Positions 45,011 through 52,982 of a stretch of DNA of 62,475 nt are shown here, piece by piece. Under the pieces are notes generated by a model. That model did no database searches. It was given only the letters and a program-made list of their open reading frames with translations, and had not been told where the DNA came from. Made by a program: the position numbers and the translations under genes. This DNA comes from a virus. The DNA lies in the IMG/VR virus record IMGVR_UViG_3300049002_000008, positions 1 through 62,475 of that record; one strand, 5' to 3'. How positions within the stretch are numbered: position 1 is the stretch's first letter; every line of letters starts with the position of its first letter.

Positions 45011-45376
45011 ATGAAGTGGTTCGGACGTGATCCGGTCTGGTACACGAACCTGTTCGCGGTCCTCGTAATGGCGGCGGCCAGCTTCGGCCTCCACCTGACC
45101 GTTGACCAGCAGGGTGCGCTCAACGCGATCGCGCTGGCCCTCGCCGGGGTCATCATCGCAGTGCAGCTCCGCAGCGAGGGCCAGCTCGCGATGGCGGTGC
45201 AGTTGATGAAGGCGCTCGTCGCCCTGGGGCTGAGCTTCGGCCTGCACTTGAGCCCGGACCAGCAGTTCGTCCTCGTCAGCCTCGTGACGGCCATCGGCTC
45301 GGGCTTCCTGCGCACGCAGGTGACCGCACCGGTCCCGAAGACCATCGACGGTACCGTAGTGCCGCCTCGGCGGTAA
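45011..45376 (+). CDS. Multi-pass membrane protein (holin candidate)
   Basis: Three or four hydrophobic segments. ATG 45011 follows SD aaggtgg; the ORF is open from GTG 45002. Confidence 0.5.
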   Translation: MKWFGRDPVWYTNLFAVLVMAAASFGLHLTVDQQGALNAIALALAGVIIAVQLRSEGQLAMAVQLMKALVALGLSFGLHLSPDQQFVLVSLVTAIGSGFLRTQVTAPVPKTIDGTVVPPRR

Positions 45377-45408
45377 ACTGGGGGTGCAGAGCGCACCTCC
45401 CCGGATAG

Positions 45409-45461
45409 GCGGGGATCCGTGGCCAGGGCTGGCAGTGGTCACGGATCTCCGCTTTTCTCTT
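45409..45461 (+). terminator. Rho-independent terminator at the end of the structural/lysis block
   Basis: 13-bp stem gcggggatccgtg / cacggatctccgc followed by ttttctctt. Confidence 0.75.
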
Positions 45462-45504
45462 GCGCTTCTTAGAGATCTCAGATAGAATTGGTCTGGTGGA
45501 CAAT

Positions 45505-45527
45505 CGCCCTGCCCTCTCCCTCGCAGG
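45505..45527 (+). repeat. Polar C-tract/TCGCAG motif, copy 17 (intergenic)
   Basis: cgccctgccctctccctcgcagg. Confidence 0.8.
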
Positions 45528-45534
45528 CCGTCTC

Positions 45535-45600
45535 TTGCGGATCTGATAGTCGTCTGCTAGGGTTGCCCTGTTGACAACTCCACAGACAGCCGGGAGGCAC
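45535..45600 (+). promoter_or_regulatory. Early cassette A: sigma70-like promoter plus start-associated leader
   Basis: TTGCGG-N17-TAGGGT (45535-45563). GACAGCCGGGAGGCAC (45585-45600) lies 3 nt before ATG 45604. Confidence 0.65.
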
Positions 45601-45603
45601 ACA

Positions 45604-45930
45604 ATGCAGCTTGACGAGTATGGCTACGCGGAGCACCTGACCAGCGGCGTACGTTGCGGCAACCACCCCGGACTCCGCCCCGCCAAGATCTACCACGACG
45701 CGGCCGAGACGGTGCGGTACTGCTACGCTCAGCGCGAAGCTGAGCAGGCCGAGCAGCGTGCGGAGCAGGCAGTAGAGCTGGCGTACGAGCGGCACCTCGA
45801 GGACGCAGGCTGGCGCGAGGCCGAAGCTCAAGAGCGATACGAGCAGCAGATGGGCATGATCTCCTTCCAGGAAGCTTGGCAGCGGGCGGACCTGGAGAAC
45901 GGGCCAGGCTACACCGGCCCGAGGAGCTGA
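45604..45930 (+). CDS. Early protein with an N-terminal Cys/His motif (108 aa)
   Basis: GVRCGNHPGLRPAKIYHDAAETVRYCY, paralogous to the N-terminus of the 49908 product. Confidence 0.6.
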   Translation: MQLDEYGYAEHLTSGVRCGNHPGLRPAKIYHDAAETVRYCYAQREAEQAEQRAEQAVELAYERHLEDAGWREAEAQERYEQQMGMISFQEAWQRADLENGPGYTGPRS

Positions 45931-45941
45931 GAGAGTCATCG

Positions 45942-46012
45942 CGGGGTCCTTGCCAAGTCGGCCGGGACCCCGTAGTGTTCTCACCATCAGCACAACGACA
46001 GCCGGGAGGCAC
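45942..46012 (+). promoter_or_regulatory. Early cassette B: hairpin, promoter and leader
   Basis: Hairpin cggggtcc/ggaccccg. TTGCCA-N17-TAGTGT (45950-45978). GACAGCCGGGAGGCAC at 45997-46012. Confidence 0.7.
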
Positions 46013-46015
46013 CAA

Positions 46016-46339
46016 ATGGACCGCATCGACCACACCAGCCACCAGCACCCCGCCACCCCCGCCGCCCGTAAGGCGTGCCGCAAGGCCCAGCGCTCGACCA
46101 CCTGGTACGGCTCGCCCGCCCCGCTGCCGCAGCCCATCGAGGTGCAGTTCGTCCTGAAGACCGGCAAGACCTGCCGGGTGCTGTTCGACCAGTACCAGAA
46201 CCCCACGCTGTTCGTGCAGGCGCATGAGCAGGGCTGGGACCGCACCCGCACCGTGAACCAGGCCATCAGCGAGGCCATCCACGGCGTGTTCGAGACCTAC
46301 GGCGTCGGCACCGTGGAGACCTACCGCGTGGTGAGCTAG
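46016..46339 (+). CDS. Early hypothetical protein (107 aa)
   Basis: Leader-defined ATG. HQHPATPAARKACRKA motif. Confidence 0.6.
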   Translation: MDRIDHTSHQHPATPAARKACRKAQRSTTWYGSPAPLPQPIEVQFVLKTGKTCRVLFDQYQNPTLFVQAHEQGWDRTRTVNQAISEAIHGVFETYGVGTVETYRVVS

Positions 46340-46364
46340 CAGGAGAAATGAGAAACTCGTCGCT

Positions 46365-46439
46365 GGGGCCTTGCGCCCCGGTGACGACTCGGCTAGTGTT
46401 CTTCATGTAAGGCAAACAACACAGACAGCCGGGAGGCAC
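46365..46439 (+). promoter_or_regulatory. Early cassette C
   Basis: Hairpin ggggc/gcccc. TTGCGC-N17-TAGTGT (46371-46399). GACAGCCGGGAGGCAC at 46424-46439. Confidence 0.7.
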
Positions 46440-46442
46440 CCC

Positions 46443-46943
46443 ATGGCACGCAAGCTTTGCGAGTTCTGCAACACCCGCCCCGCCACCAGTCAGAACCGTG
46501 GCTCGATCAGCATCAGCGCCTGCGAGCCCTGCGAAACCGAAGCGGGCTACGAAAACGAGCACAGCGACGGCAAGTGCGGCGGCGTCGAGGGTGGCCGCTG
46601 CTGGATCTGCCTGCCGGAGCTGAACCGGGCGCAGGCCACCTACGTCAAGCAGGAGCGCAAGGGCCACCACTCGCCCCGCCGCCCCCAGATCAACCACCGC
46701 GCTTGCAGCCACGCGCAGACCCCGCTGGCGCGCCGCACCTGCCGGAAGGCGTTCTGGGCCGCCAAGGCCACCGAGCAGGCCGCTCCGGTCACTATGGTCG
46801 GCAAGGCCGTTACCTGGGTCGGATCCACCGACAAGGTGTTGGGCGGCATCGTGATCAAGGAGCTGGAGGGCGGCAAGGTCATGGTGCGCAGCATCAAGGG
46901 CACTCCGGTCCGGGTTGCGGCCGAGAAGCTGCGCCTGGTGTAG
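46443..46943 (+). CDS. Early Cys-rich zinc-finger protein (166 aa)
   Basis: CEFC..CEPC..C..CWIC. HAQTPLARRTCRKA motif shared with the 46016 product. Confidence 0.6.
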   Translation: MARKLCEFCNTRPATSQNRGSISISACEPCETEAGYENEHSDGKCGGVEGGRCWICLPELNRAQATYVKQERKGHHSPRRPQINHRACSHAQTPLARRTCRKAFWAAKATEQAAPVTMVGKAVTWVGSTDKVLGGIVIKELEGGKVMVRSIKGTPVRVAAEKLRLV

Positions 46944-47075
46944 TAGTGGAGCCGCCCCGGGGCTGTGCATCGGCCCTGGGGCAGGTATGGTTGCCAAGCA
47001 CCGAGGGGAGGTGGGCAACATGCGCGACGGATACGGCAGGGACTTCGGCTGGGGCTGAGCCCGCTGAAGTAGTCA

Positions 47076-47159
47076 GGACCCCGGGGTTGCACATGACCCC
47101 GGGGTCCGCTACTGTTCTCATCAGCGGGGCAGTACGGCCCCAAGACAGCCGGGAGGCAC
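47076..47159 (+). promoter_or_regulatory. Early cassette D
   Basis: 11-bp hairpin ggaccccgggg/ccccggggtcc. TTGCAC-N17-TACTGT (47087-47115). GACAGCCGGGAGGCAC at 47144-47159. Confidence 0.7.
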
Positions 47160-47162
47160 CCA

Positions 47163-47630
47163 ATGACCAGCAACATGAAGCTCCGTCTGGCCCTTACCGC
47201 CATCGTGTGCGGCGCCGCGTTCTACGTCAGCTACCGGCACATCGTCACGGTCGCCCTGGCCAGCGGGAACACCGCCGACACCGCCTTCGTGTACCCGCTG
47301 ACCATAGACGCCATGATCCTCGTCAGCGCGGTCACCCTGGTGGCCAGCACGGGCGTCAACAAGATGGCCAAGCTGTGGGCCATGATCGGCCGGTACTTCG
47401 GCTTCACCGCTACGATCTACTGCAACCTGGCCGCTGGGCACTTCACCAGCGTGGCTGGCGCCATCGTCAACATGATCCCCGCGCTGGCCCTGATCATCAC
47501 GGTCGAACTGCTGGTGTACGGCTGGAAGGCCACCCCCGCCGCCCGTCCCTTGCAGGCCCGCAAGGCCACCCCCTCCAAGAAGGCCACCGCCAAGGCCACC
47601 AGCCCCGCCAGGCTGGCCAGCGTCAAGTAA
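47163..47630 (+). CDS. DUF2637-like multi-pass membrane protein
   Basis: Four hydrophobic segments and a basic C-terminal tail. AAFYVSYRHI pattern. Confidence 0.5.
   Translation: MTSNMKLRLALTAIVCGAAFYVSYRHIVTVALASGNTADTAFVYPLTIDAMILVSAVTLVASTGVNKMAKLWAMIGRYFGFTATIYCNLAAGHFTSVAGAIVNMIPALALIITVELLVYGWKATPAARPLQARKATPSKKATAKATSPARLASVK
47531..47556 (+). repeat. Polar C-tract motif, copy 18 (variant CTTGCAGG)
   Basis: cacccccgccgcccgtcccttgcagg. Confidence 0.55.
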
Positions 47631-47641
47631 GCCACCGCCAG

Positions 47642-47667
47642 CAGGGGCGCCCTACGGGGCGCCCCTG
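47642..47667 (+). terminator. Terminator-like GC hairpin
   Basis: caggggcgcc-ctacgg-ggcgcccctg. Confidence 0.5.
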
Positions 47668-47776
47668 AGACGACGTAGGCCGATGGTAGGCCCGAGGGGC
47701 ACACCTCGACCTACCCCGGGGCGCCCAGGCCCGCAGAATCGATCTGAGCGGGCTGCGAGAGAGCGGGCGGGACGCC

Positions 47777-47849
47777 TTGCATCTCATCGGACGCTGTGCC
47801 ATAGTGGTCCCAGCGCGGTGCACGGCACCGCCGGACAGCCGGGAGGCAT
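47777..47849 (+). promoter_or_regulatory. Early cassette E
   Basis: TTGCAT-N19-TAGTGG. GACAGCCGGGAGGCAT (47834-47849) lies 1 nt before ATG 47851. Confidence 0.55.
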
Positions 47850-47850
47850 C

Positions 47851-48027
47851 ATGTACGACGTGGGCACCGTAGCGGAGGGCGTCGCAGACGCTGCCATCGA
47901 CTGGGCCTTTGAAGAGGGCGATGTGGCGGATGCCAGCGCCATTACCGAGACCCCTGGCCAGGCCGAGTTTTACCTCATCGTAGGCGACCAGCGCTTCCTC
48001 GTTACCCTTGTTGAGGTGACCGAGTGA
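47851..48027 (+). CDS. Early acidic protein (58 aa)
   Basis: Leader-defined ATG. Confidence 0.55.
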   Translation: MYDVGTVAEGVADAAIDWAFEEGDVADASAITETPGQAEFYLIVGDQRFLVTLVEVTE

Positions 48028-48158
48028 ACACCCTGCTGGCCGCCTTCGCGGCATTGCCGGGTCTGGCCGTGGCGCATCCTGCGCCCGCTGCTGGCCTCGC
48101 GGCCGTCTGCCTGGCTCTGCTGGGCGGGCTGTGCTACCTAGTGGTTCGCAACCCGTAG
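48024..48158 (+). CDS. Small membrane protein (44 aa)
   Basis: GTGA overlap upstream. Hydrophobic throughout. Confidence 0.4.
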   Translation: MNTLLAAFAALPGLAVAHPAPAAGLAAVCLALLGGLCYLVVRNP

Positions 48159-48169
48159 GAGAAAGTCCG

Positions 48170-48242
48170 GCGGGGTCCTTGTGGCCCCGCTCCACCCCAT
48201 GCTAGTGTTCTCACAACAGCAACACCGACCGCCGGGAGGCAC
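48170..48242 (+). promoter_or_regulatory. Early cassette F
   Basis: Hairpin gcgggg/ccccgc. TTGTGG-N18-TAGTGT (48179-48208). GACCGCCGGGAGGCAC at 48227-48242. Confidence 0.65.
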
Positions 48243-48245
48243 ACC

Positions 48246-48584
48246 ATGAACGTTCTCGTCACCGCCACCAGCACCGCGACCCCCGCCACCTTCCTCGCAG
48301 ACCTGGCCAGCGGCACTGTGGTCCTGCACAAGGAGCGCGACAACGGCACCACCCGCCGCATCCACTTCCTGGCCCCGGGCACCGAGGCCCGCGAGCTGGC
48401 CGAGTACGTCGAGGCGCAGCGCGACAACGGCCTGACCATGAAGGCCATCTCCGCCGAGTTGCACCTCAGCACCGCTGCTACCCGGCGCGCGCTGAACGAC
48501 TTGATCCTCACCCGCGAGTTCGAGGACATGGACGCCGAGGAAATCGAGGGCCTGCTGTTGGGCGCCGAGGACCTGGCCGCCTGA
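48246..48584 (+). CDS. Early helix-turn-helix DNA-binding protein (112 aa)
   Basis: LTMKAISAELHLSTAATRRALNDL is HTH-like. Confidence 0.5.
   Translation: MNVLVTATSTATPATFLADLASGTVVLHKERDNGTTRRIHFLAPGTEARELAEYVEAQRDNGLTMKAISAELHLSTAATRRALNDLILTREFEDMDAEEIEGLLLGAEDLAA
48280..48300 (+). repeat. Polar C-tract/TCGCAG motif, copy 19
   Basis: cccccgccaccttcctcgcag (read as PATFLAD). Confidence 0.65.
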
Positions 48585-48598
48585 GAACCGGACACGGT

Positions 48599-48667
48599 GG
48601 GGCGCTGGCCTTAGGGCTGGCGCCCCGCTACTGTGACAGTAACGACCACCGATGCCCCGGGAGGGTG
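48599..48667 (+). promoter_or_regulatory. Early cassette G (degenerate)
   Basis: Hairpin ggggcgc/gcgcccc. TACTGT at 48629-48634. Variant leader gatgccccgggagggtg before GTG 48672. Confidence 0.45.
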
Positions 48668-48671
48668 CAAA

Positions 48672-49166
48672 GTGAGAAGGCGTACACTGACAGGCCTAGG
48701 CATTGCCCTGCTGGTGGGTATTGCTTGCGACGCGGGCAAGGTGGGGCCGCACATCGACGTGCCGAAGAAGGGCACCGACCCGGACCAGCCCATGGACGCC
48801 GTCGAAGGTCCCGACGACTGGCTGGCGGACGATGGTAGCCAGATCTGGGGTGCCAACATCACCGTTTGGGTAGAGAAGTCTTCTGGCCCGACTACGGTGG
48901 ACGTAGTTGTCACAGATCACAGCGACGGCAACAGGTCGATAGCGACCAACACGTGGGTCGTTGAGTACGGCCGTTTCGTGTGTCCGGTGGCCTACCCCGC
49001 CCGCCATGACATCAGCTTCAAGATCACGGCGAAGGCCCACCACCCCTCCTCGCGGGGATTCATCACGGTGCGCGAAGGCGGGAACTTCAAGTGGCGGTCC
49101 TCGGGTGCGCTCACGTTCAACAAGCGCACCGAGGTCGAGCTGGTCTGCAACTCCAAGCGCCGATGA
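48672..49166 (+). CDS. Putative secreted lipoprotein (164 aa)
   Basis: Signal-like RRRTLTGLGIALLVGIAC with a Cys at a lipobox-like position. Confidence 0.45.
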   Translation: MRRRTLTGLGIALLVGIACDAGKVGPHIDVPKKGTDPDQPMDAVEGPDDWLADDGSQIWGANITVWVEKSSGPTTVDVVVTDHSDGNRSIATNTWVVEYGRFVCPVAYPARHDISFKITAKAHHPSSRGFITVREGGNFKWRSSGALTFNKRTEVELVCNSKRR

Positions 49167-49360
49167 CGGCCACCGGTGCGGTGCTCTCCCTGGCAGCGGT
49201 TCTGCTCGGGTTTGCATTGCTGATCATCCTAGTCTCGTACCTGTCGACGCGCTTCCAGCGCTGGCAGGACTGGCGCTTCGCACGGCCGGTCAAGCGGCGC
49301 AAGTGGGGGCCGCTCGCCAACCTGGCGCTCGTGTGGCACTACGTAGCGAAGCGCAAGTAA
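49163..49360 (+). CDS. Small membrane protein (65 aa)
   Basis: ATGA overlap upstream. TM segment VLSLAAVLLGFALLIILVSYL. Confidence 0.45.
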   Translation: MTATGAVLSLAAVLLGFALLIILVSYLSTRFQRWQDWRFARPVKRRKWGPLANLALVWHYVAKRK

Positions 49361-49366
49361 GCGTGG

Positions 49367-49432
49367 CGGGGCGCCTTGCCAAAGGGCGGGCGCCTTGCTA
49401 CTGTTCTCCTAACACCGACCGCCGGGAGGCAA
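49367..49432 (+). promoter_or_regulatory. Early cassette H
   Basis: GC hairpin. TTGCCA-N17-TACTGT (49376-49404). GACCGCCGGGAGGCAA at 49417-49432. Confidence 0.7.
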
Positions 49433-49434
49433 TC

Positions 49435-49656
49435 ATGCGCAAGCCCACCAGCTCAGCCCCCAAGCCGGACCTGGTCGCCCGCGCGAAGGCGCTGGCGAAG
49501 ACGTACTACTGCGACAACTACCACCAGCACGAGCCCCACCCAACCACGCATTACATGTCCTCGTGGCTGGGCGGTGGCATCGAGACCATGATCTGCCCCG
49601 GGCACCCCACCGACGACACCAAGGCCAACTTCGACACCTGCGTAAAGGCGCTGTGA
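49435..49656 (+). CDS. Early hypothetical protein (73 aa)
   Basis: Leader-defined ATG. Confidence 0.55.
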   Translation: MRKPTSSAPKPDLVARAKALAKTYYCDNYHQHEPHPTTHYMSSWLGGGIETMICPGHPTDDTKANFDTCVKAL

Positions 49657-49658
49657 CC

Positions 49659-49823
49659 ATGCTGAAGGCAACGAAGGACCTGCGCAGGGGCGACGTGGTC
49701 GACATCGACGAGGAGTACTATCAGGTGTACCGCGTCGAGGGCGACGTGGTGCAGTGGCTGGACGGCACCAAGCTCGAGGGCAACGGCACCGACGAGCCCT
49801 TGTGGGAGGTAGTGAACGCCTGA
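49659..49823 (+). CDS. Early hypothetical protein (54 aa)
   Basis: ATG lies 3 nt after the upstream stop. Confidence 0.45.
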   Translation: MLKATKDLRRGDVVDIDEEYYQVYRVEGDVVQWLDGTKLEGNGTDEPLWEVVNA

Positions 49824-49832
49824 GATAATCTT

Positions 49833-49905
49833 GGCCCCGGGGTTGCCAACGGCTCCGGGGCCGACTACTGTTCTCGTATGGGTAGCAACGACAGCCGGGA
49901 GGCCA
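49833..49905 (+). promoter_or_regulatory. Early cassette I
   Basis: Hairpin ggccccgg/ccggggcc. TTGCCA-N17-TACTGT (49843-49871). GACAGCCGGGAGGCCA at 49890-49905. Confidence 0.7.
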
Positions 49906-49907
49906 AC

Positions 49908-50714
49908 ATGAACACCACCACCACCGCGCAGGGCGTACGCTGCGGCAACCACGGCCGCGGGGCGCACGTCTACCACGCGAACAGCGCCGAGGTCAGGTTC
50001 TGCTACCAGAGCCAGACGCGTCCAGTCAGCGCCCCGCCCGCCGCCGCTCCCTCGCAGGCGCCCCGCAACGCGGACGAGGCCCGCAGCGCCAGCATGCAGC
50101 GCCTGGCCAACCAGACCAGCCCGTTCTTCGAGCGCCACGCCAGCGAGGGGCGGGTGCGCCTGATCACCGCGCTGGTTGAGGAGCACCTCACGCAGCCCGA
50201 GGACGGGGTGCTGGCCGAGGCCATCGTCAAGGCGCTGCACGAGGGCATGAGCGACAGCTTCGCCAAGAAGGTCATCGAACAGTTGCTGGTACTGAAGACG
50301 CAGCGCAAGGCGGCGGCGGCCAAGGCCAGCTACGCCAGCGAGAACACCGCGGCCAGCGCCAGCGCGGAGGCCCGCAAGCTGGTGGCCCGTGTGATGGGCG
50401 AGGCCAACGAGGGCAACTTCGCGATCGAGGTCGACGGCAAGACCCGGTTCTACCGCATCAGCAAGCGGGGCAAGAACAGCCGGACCCCCGGTAGCTGGAA
50501 GATCCAGGAGCGGGTCACCGACATGTTGCTGCCGCGAGCGAATGCCATGCTGGGCACGGTATGCGCGGCCATCCTGGAGATGGGTGTCGAGGCCAGTGGG
50601 CGCCTGTTCGCGGACCGGCTGCACCAGTGCCGCACTTGCGGCGCCAGCCTGACCGATGACACCGGCAACCCGTACTACGAGATGGGCTACGGCCCGGAGT
50701 GCGGCGGCAAGTAG
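49908..50714 (+). CDS. Early protein with an N-terminal CGNH motif and a C-terminal zinc-ribbon-like motif (268 aa)
   Basis: GVRCGNHGRGAHVYHANSAEVRFCY. C-terminal CRTCGASLTDDTGNPYYEMGYGPEC. Confidence 0.6.
   Translation: MNTTTTAQGVRCGNHGRGAHVYHANSAEVRFCYQSQTRPVSAPPAAAPSQAPRNADEARSASMQRLANQTSPFFERHASEGRVRLITALVEEHLTQPEDGVLAEAIVKALHEGMSDSFAKKVIEQLLVLKTQRKAAAAKASYASENTAASASAEARKLVARVMGEANEGNFAIEVDGKTRFYRISKRGKNSRTPGSWKIQERVTDMLLPRANAMLGTVCAAILEMGVEASGRLFADRLHQCRTCGASLTDDTGNPYYEMGYGPECGGK
50031..50058 (+). repeat. Polar C-tract/TCGCAG motif, copy 20
   Basis: gccccgcccgccgccgctccctcgcagg (read as PPAAAPSQA). Confidence 0.75.
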
Positions 50715-50728
50715 CCTAGAGCCGACGC

Positions 50729-50753
50729 AGGGGCGCCCACCACGGGCGCCCCT
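50729..50753 (+). terminator. Terminator-like GC hairpin
   Basis: aggggcgccc-accac-gggcgcccct. Confidence 0.5.
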
Positions 50754-50815
50754 TGTCGCGCCTAGGGCACGGCGCCTGCTGGCCTTAGAATCGGTTACCG
50801 CGGGCAGACCGCAGC

Positions 50816-50886
50816 TTGCGCCGGTAGCGCAGGTGTGGTTGTATGTTCTTATAAGAGAAATGCCCCAACCGACAGCCGGGAGGCAA
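50816..50886 (+). promoter_or_regulatory. Early cassette J
   Basis: TTGCGC, about N19, then GTATGTTCTT. GACAGCCGGGAGGCAA at 50871-50886. Confidence 0.55.
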
Positions 50887-50888
50887 TC

Positions 50889-51608
50889 ATGGCTATGATC
50901 GACACCATCGTTGCGTTGCTCGCCAAGGCCGAGCGCACGGACAACGAGCACGAGCGGGACGCGTACCTCGCCAAGGCGCAGGAGCTGCAAACCAAGTACG
51001 CCATCGAGCAGGGCATGCTCGACGCCGCGCGGCCCCAGCAGGAGCGCGAGGCCATCAATCAGATGCGGTTCTGCGAGGAGCGCAACACCCCGCTGATCAA
51101 GGCCAAGCGTCAGTTGGTCCTGTGGCTGGCCGACGTCAACAACTGCTTCGTGATCTTGGGCCACCGGCGGGCGTACCTGGAGGTCACCGGACACCAGAGC
51201 GACCTCGTTATGGTGCAGCACTTGTACGCCAGCATCCTTCTGCAGATGCAGCGCGCCATGCAGCAAGCCGAGGGGCGCGGCGACGTGGTTGGGGCGCTGG
51301 CAGGCTGGCGCGTCAGCTACGCTCACGGGTACGTGCGTCGGGTAGCGGTGCGCCTGCTCGCTGCCAAGACCCGCCAGATGGCCGAGACCAGCACCGGGAC
51401 CCCAGGGAGCGCCCTGGTGTTGGTCAGCCGCGCTGGGGTGGCCAAGCAGGCCGCCGAAGGGCTGTACGGCGACCTGAAGAAGGCTCGCAAGATCCCGAAC
51501 AGCGACAACAACGAGTTCGGCCGGTACGCGGGCAATCGCGACGGGCACAACGCGGACCTTGGCGGAGACCGCATCGGTGCGGCAACCACCCGAAGGGAAC
51601 TGTCATGA
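50889..51608 (+). CDS. DUF2786-like protein (239 aa)
   Basis: N-terminal IVALLAKAERTDNEHERDAYLAKAQEL pattern. Confidence 0.55.
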   Translation: MAMIDTIVALLAKAERTDNEHERDAYLAKAQELQTKYAIEQGMLDAARPQQEREAINQMRFCEERNTPLIKAKRQLVLWLADVNNCFVILGHRRAYLEVTGHQSDLVMVQHLYASILLQMQRAMQQAEGRGDVVGALAGWRVSYAHGYVRRVAVRLLAAKTRQMAETSTGTPGSALVLVSRAGVAKQAAEGLYGDLKKARKIPNSDNNEFGRYAGNRDGHNADLGGDRIGAATTRRELS

Positions 51609-51886
51609 GCAAGAACTGGGAGCTGTACCCAGACGGCCACGTGGAGGAGGCGCCCGTGAGGGTGCCCCACCCCGTTCCGCACAACGTCAAGTTCCGACAC
51701 GCCGAAGAGGTCAAGGTCTGCGACAGCGAGCTGTGCCCACACCTGGGCAACGTGATCGAGCCTGGGACCAAGTACGCCCGCGTCCAGCGCATCGGCCCTC
51801 GTAGGAAGGCCGTGACAGAGTTCTTCCACGCCAAGTGCTACGACAACGAGTTTGACGAGGGCAGTCATGCCGAAATGGCTAGCTGA
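51605..51886 (+). CDS. Hypothetical protein (93 aa)
   Basis: ATGA overlap upstream. Confidence 0.5.
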   Translation: MSKNWELYPDGHVEEAPVRVPHPVPHNVKFRHAEEVKVCDSELCPHLGNVIEPGTKYARVQRIGPRRKAVTEFFHAKCYDNEFDEGSHAEMAS

Positions 51887-52358
51887 CCCACGCGCCTGCT
51901 TGGCGCACATCGACAGCAGCGGCGCATGCCGCTTGACCGCAGAAAGGGCAGACATGAAGGCCAAGCCGAAGGCGCACAAGCCGCGCGTGGCCAAGGTGGG
52001 CAAGGACGGCATGATTGAGCCGATCAGCGAGCTGAACCGCAAGCACCTGCGCATCGCGCTGGCGCGGCACGTGCACCCCAGCGACGTTGAGCGGGCGGTC
52101 AAGCGGCTTGTGAAAGTGAACGGTCTCCGGCCCCTCCGCCCCGCCTCGCAGGCCTGCATGGGCAAGAGCATTCTGGAGATGCTGTGGGATGAGTTGGACG
52201 CCATCGTCGAGCGGCTCATGGCTGGCGGGGCAGCCGAGGAGGACAAGGGTAAGGCGCAGGGCGTCGCCTACGCCATCGCCGTCATCGAGAACCCCTACCT
52301 GCCCAACGTCGAGCGCATCCGCGACGAGGCTATGGACCGCTGGGAGGCCGACCAGTGA
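51867..52358 (+). CDS. Hypothetical protein (163 aa)
   Basis: ATG 51867, with a 20-nt overlap onto the upstream gene. Confidence 0.5.
   Translation: MPKWLADPRACLAHIDSSGACRLTAERADMKAKPKAHKPRVAKVGKDGMIEPISELNRKHLRIALARHVHPSDVERAVKRLVKVNGLRPLRPASQACMGKSILEMLWDELDAIVERLMAGGAAEEDKGKAQGVAYAIAVIENPYLPNVERIRDEAMDRWEADQ
52131..52152 (+). repeat. Polar C-tract/TCGCAG motif, copy 21
   Basis: cccctccgccccgcctcgcagg (read as LRPASQA). Confidence 0.7.
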
Positions 52359-52573
52359 GCGGCCACTGGCACGACACCGTGCACCACGAGAACGGTGTGC
52401 CGTGGTGGGAGGCTAAGCTTCCCCGACGCTGGCACCTGTGCTACGTGCAGACGTGGGGCCTGGTGGACGGATGGATGTTCGCTCGCTGCCCTTGCGGCGC
52501 AGACCGTCTAGACGTGGCGGGCTACTGGCACAACAAGAACAGCCGGAGGAAGGAGTGCAATGGCCAAGCATAA
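52355..52573 (+). CDS. Hypothetical Cys/His/Trp-rich protein (72 aa)
   Basis: GTGA overlap upstream. Confidence 0.45.
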   Translation: MSGHWHDTVHHENGVPWWEAKLPRRWHLCYVQTWGLVDGWMFARCPCGADRLDVAGYWHNKNSRRKECNGQA

Positions 52574-52910
52574 GTGGTTCGCCCGGGAGGTTCTCAGCGA
52601 ACGGCAGGCCGTCGAGGGCCATGACCCGGGCTGTACCTGGCCGCGCGGCGAGCCGTGCCTCAGGTTCAGTACCGACGGCACCCGTGCTGGCGCTGAGATT
52701 GCGCACACTATGGGCACCACGAGCGAGCTGGTCATAGCCCAGGGTAAGGCGCCCAACGACGTCATCCCGCCGCCCTTCGTCAGCGACGTGGCCGCCGAGC
52801 AGGCCGATTGGGACGGCGAGCCTGGTCCGCCGGTGGACCACGAGCGCCCGCGGATGTACCCGACGAAGGACCTGTCCTGGGGCGTCTATCCCGAAGACGA
52901 ACTGGACTAG
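52560..52910 (+). CDS. Hypothetical protein (116 aa)
   Basis: ORF from the track. Confidence 0.5.
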   Translation: MAKHKWFAREVLSERQAVEGHDPGCTWPRGEPCLRFSTDGTRAGAEIAHTMGTTSELVIAQGKAPNDVIPPPFVSDVAAEQADWDGEPGPPVDHERPRMYPTKDLSWGVYPEDELD

Positions 52911-52966
52911 AGATCTCCTAGCGCTACCTCACGAGCGCTGCCAACATGTTCACGTACCCCGTTCAC

Positions 52967-52982
52967 GACAGCCGGGAGGCAC
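52967..52982 (+). promoter_or_regulatory. Early cassette K (leader only)
   Basis: GACAGCCGGGAGGCAC lies 4 nt before GTG 52987, preceded by ACATGTTCAC. Confidence 0.5.
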
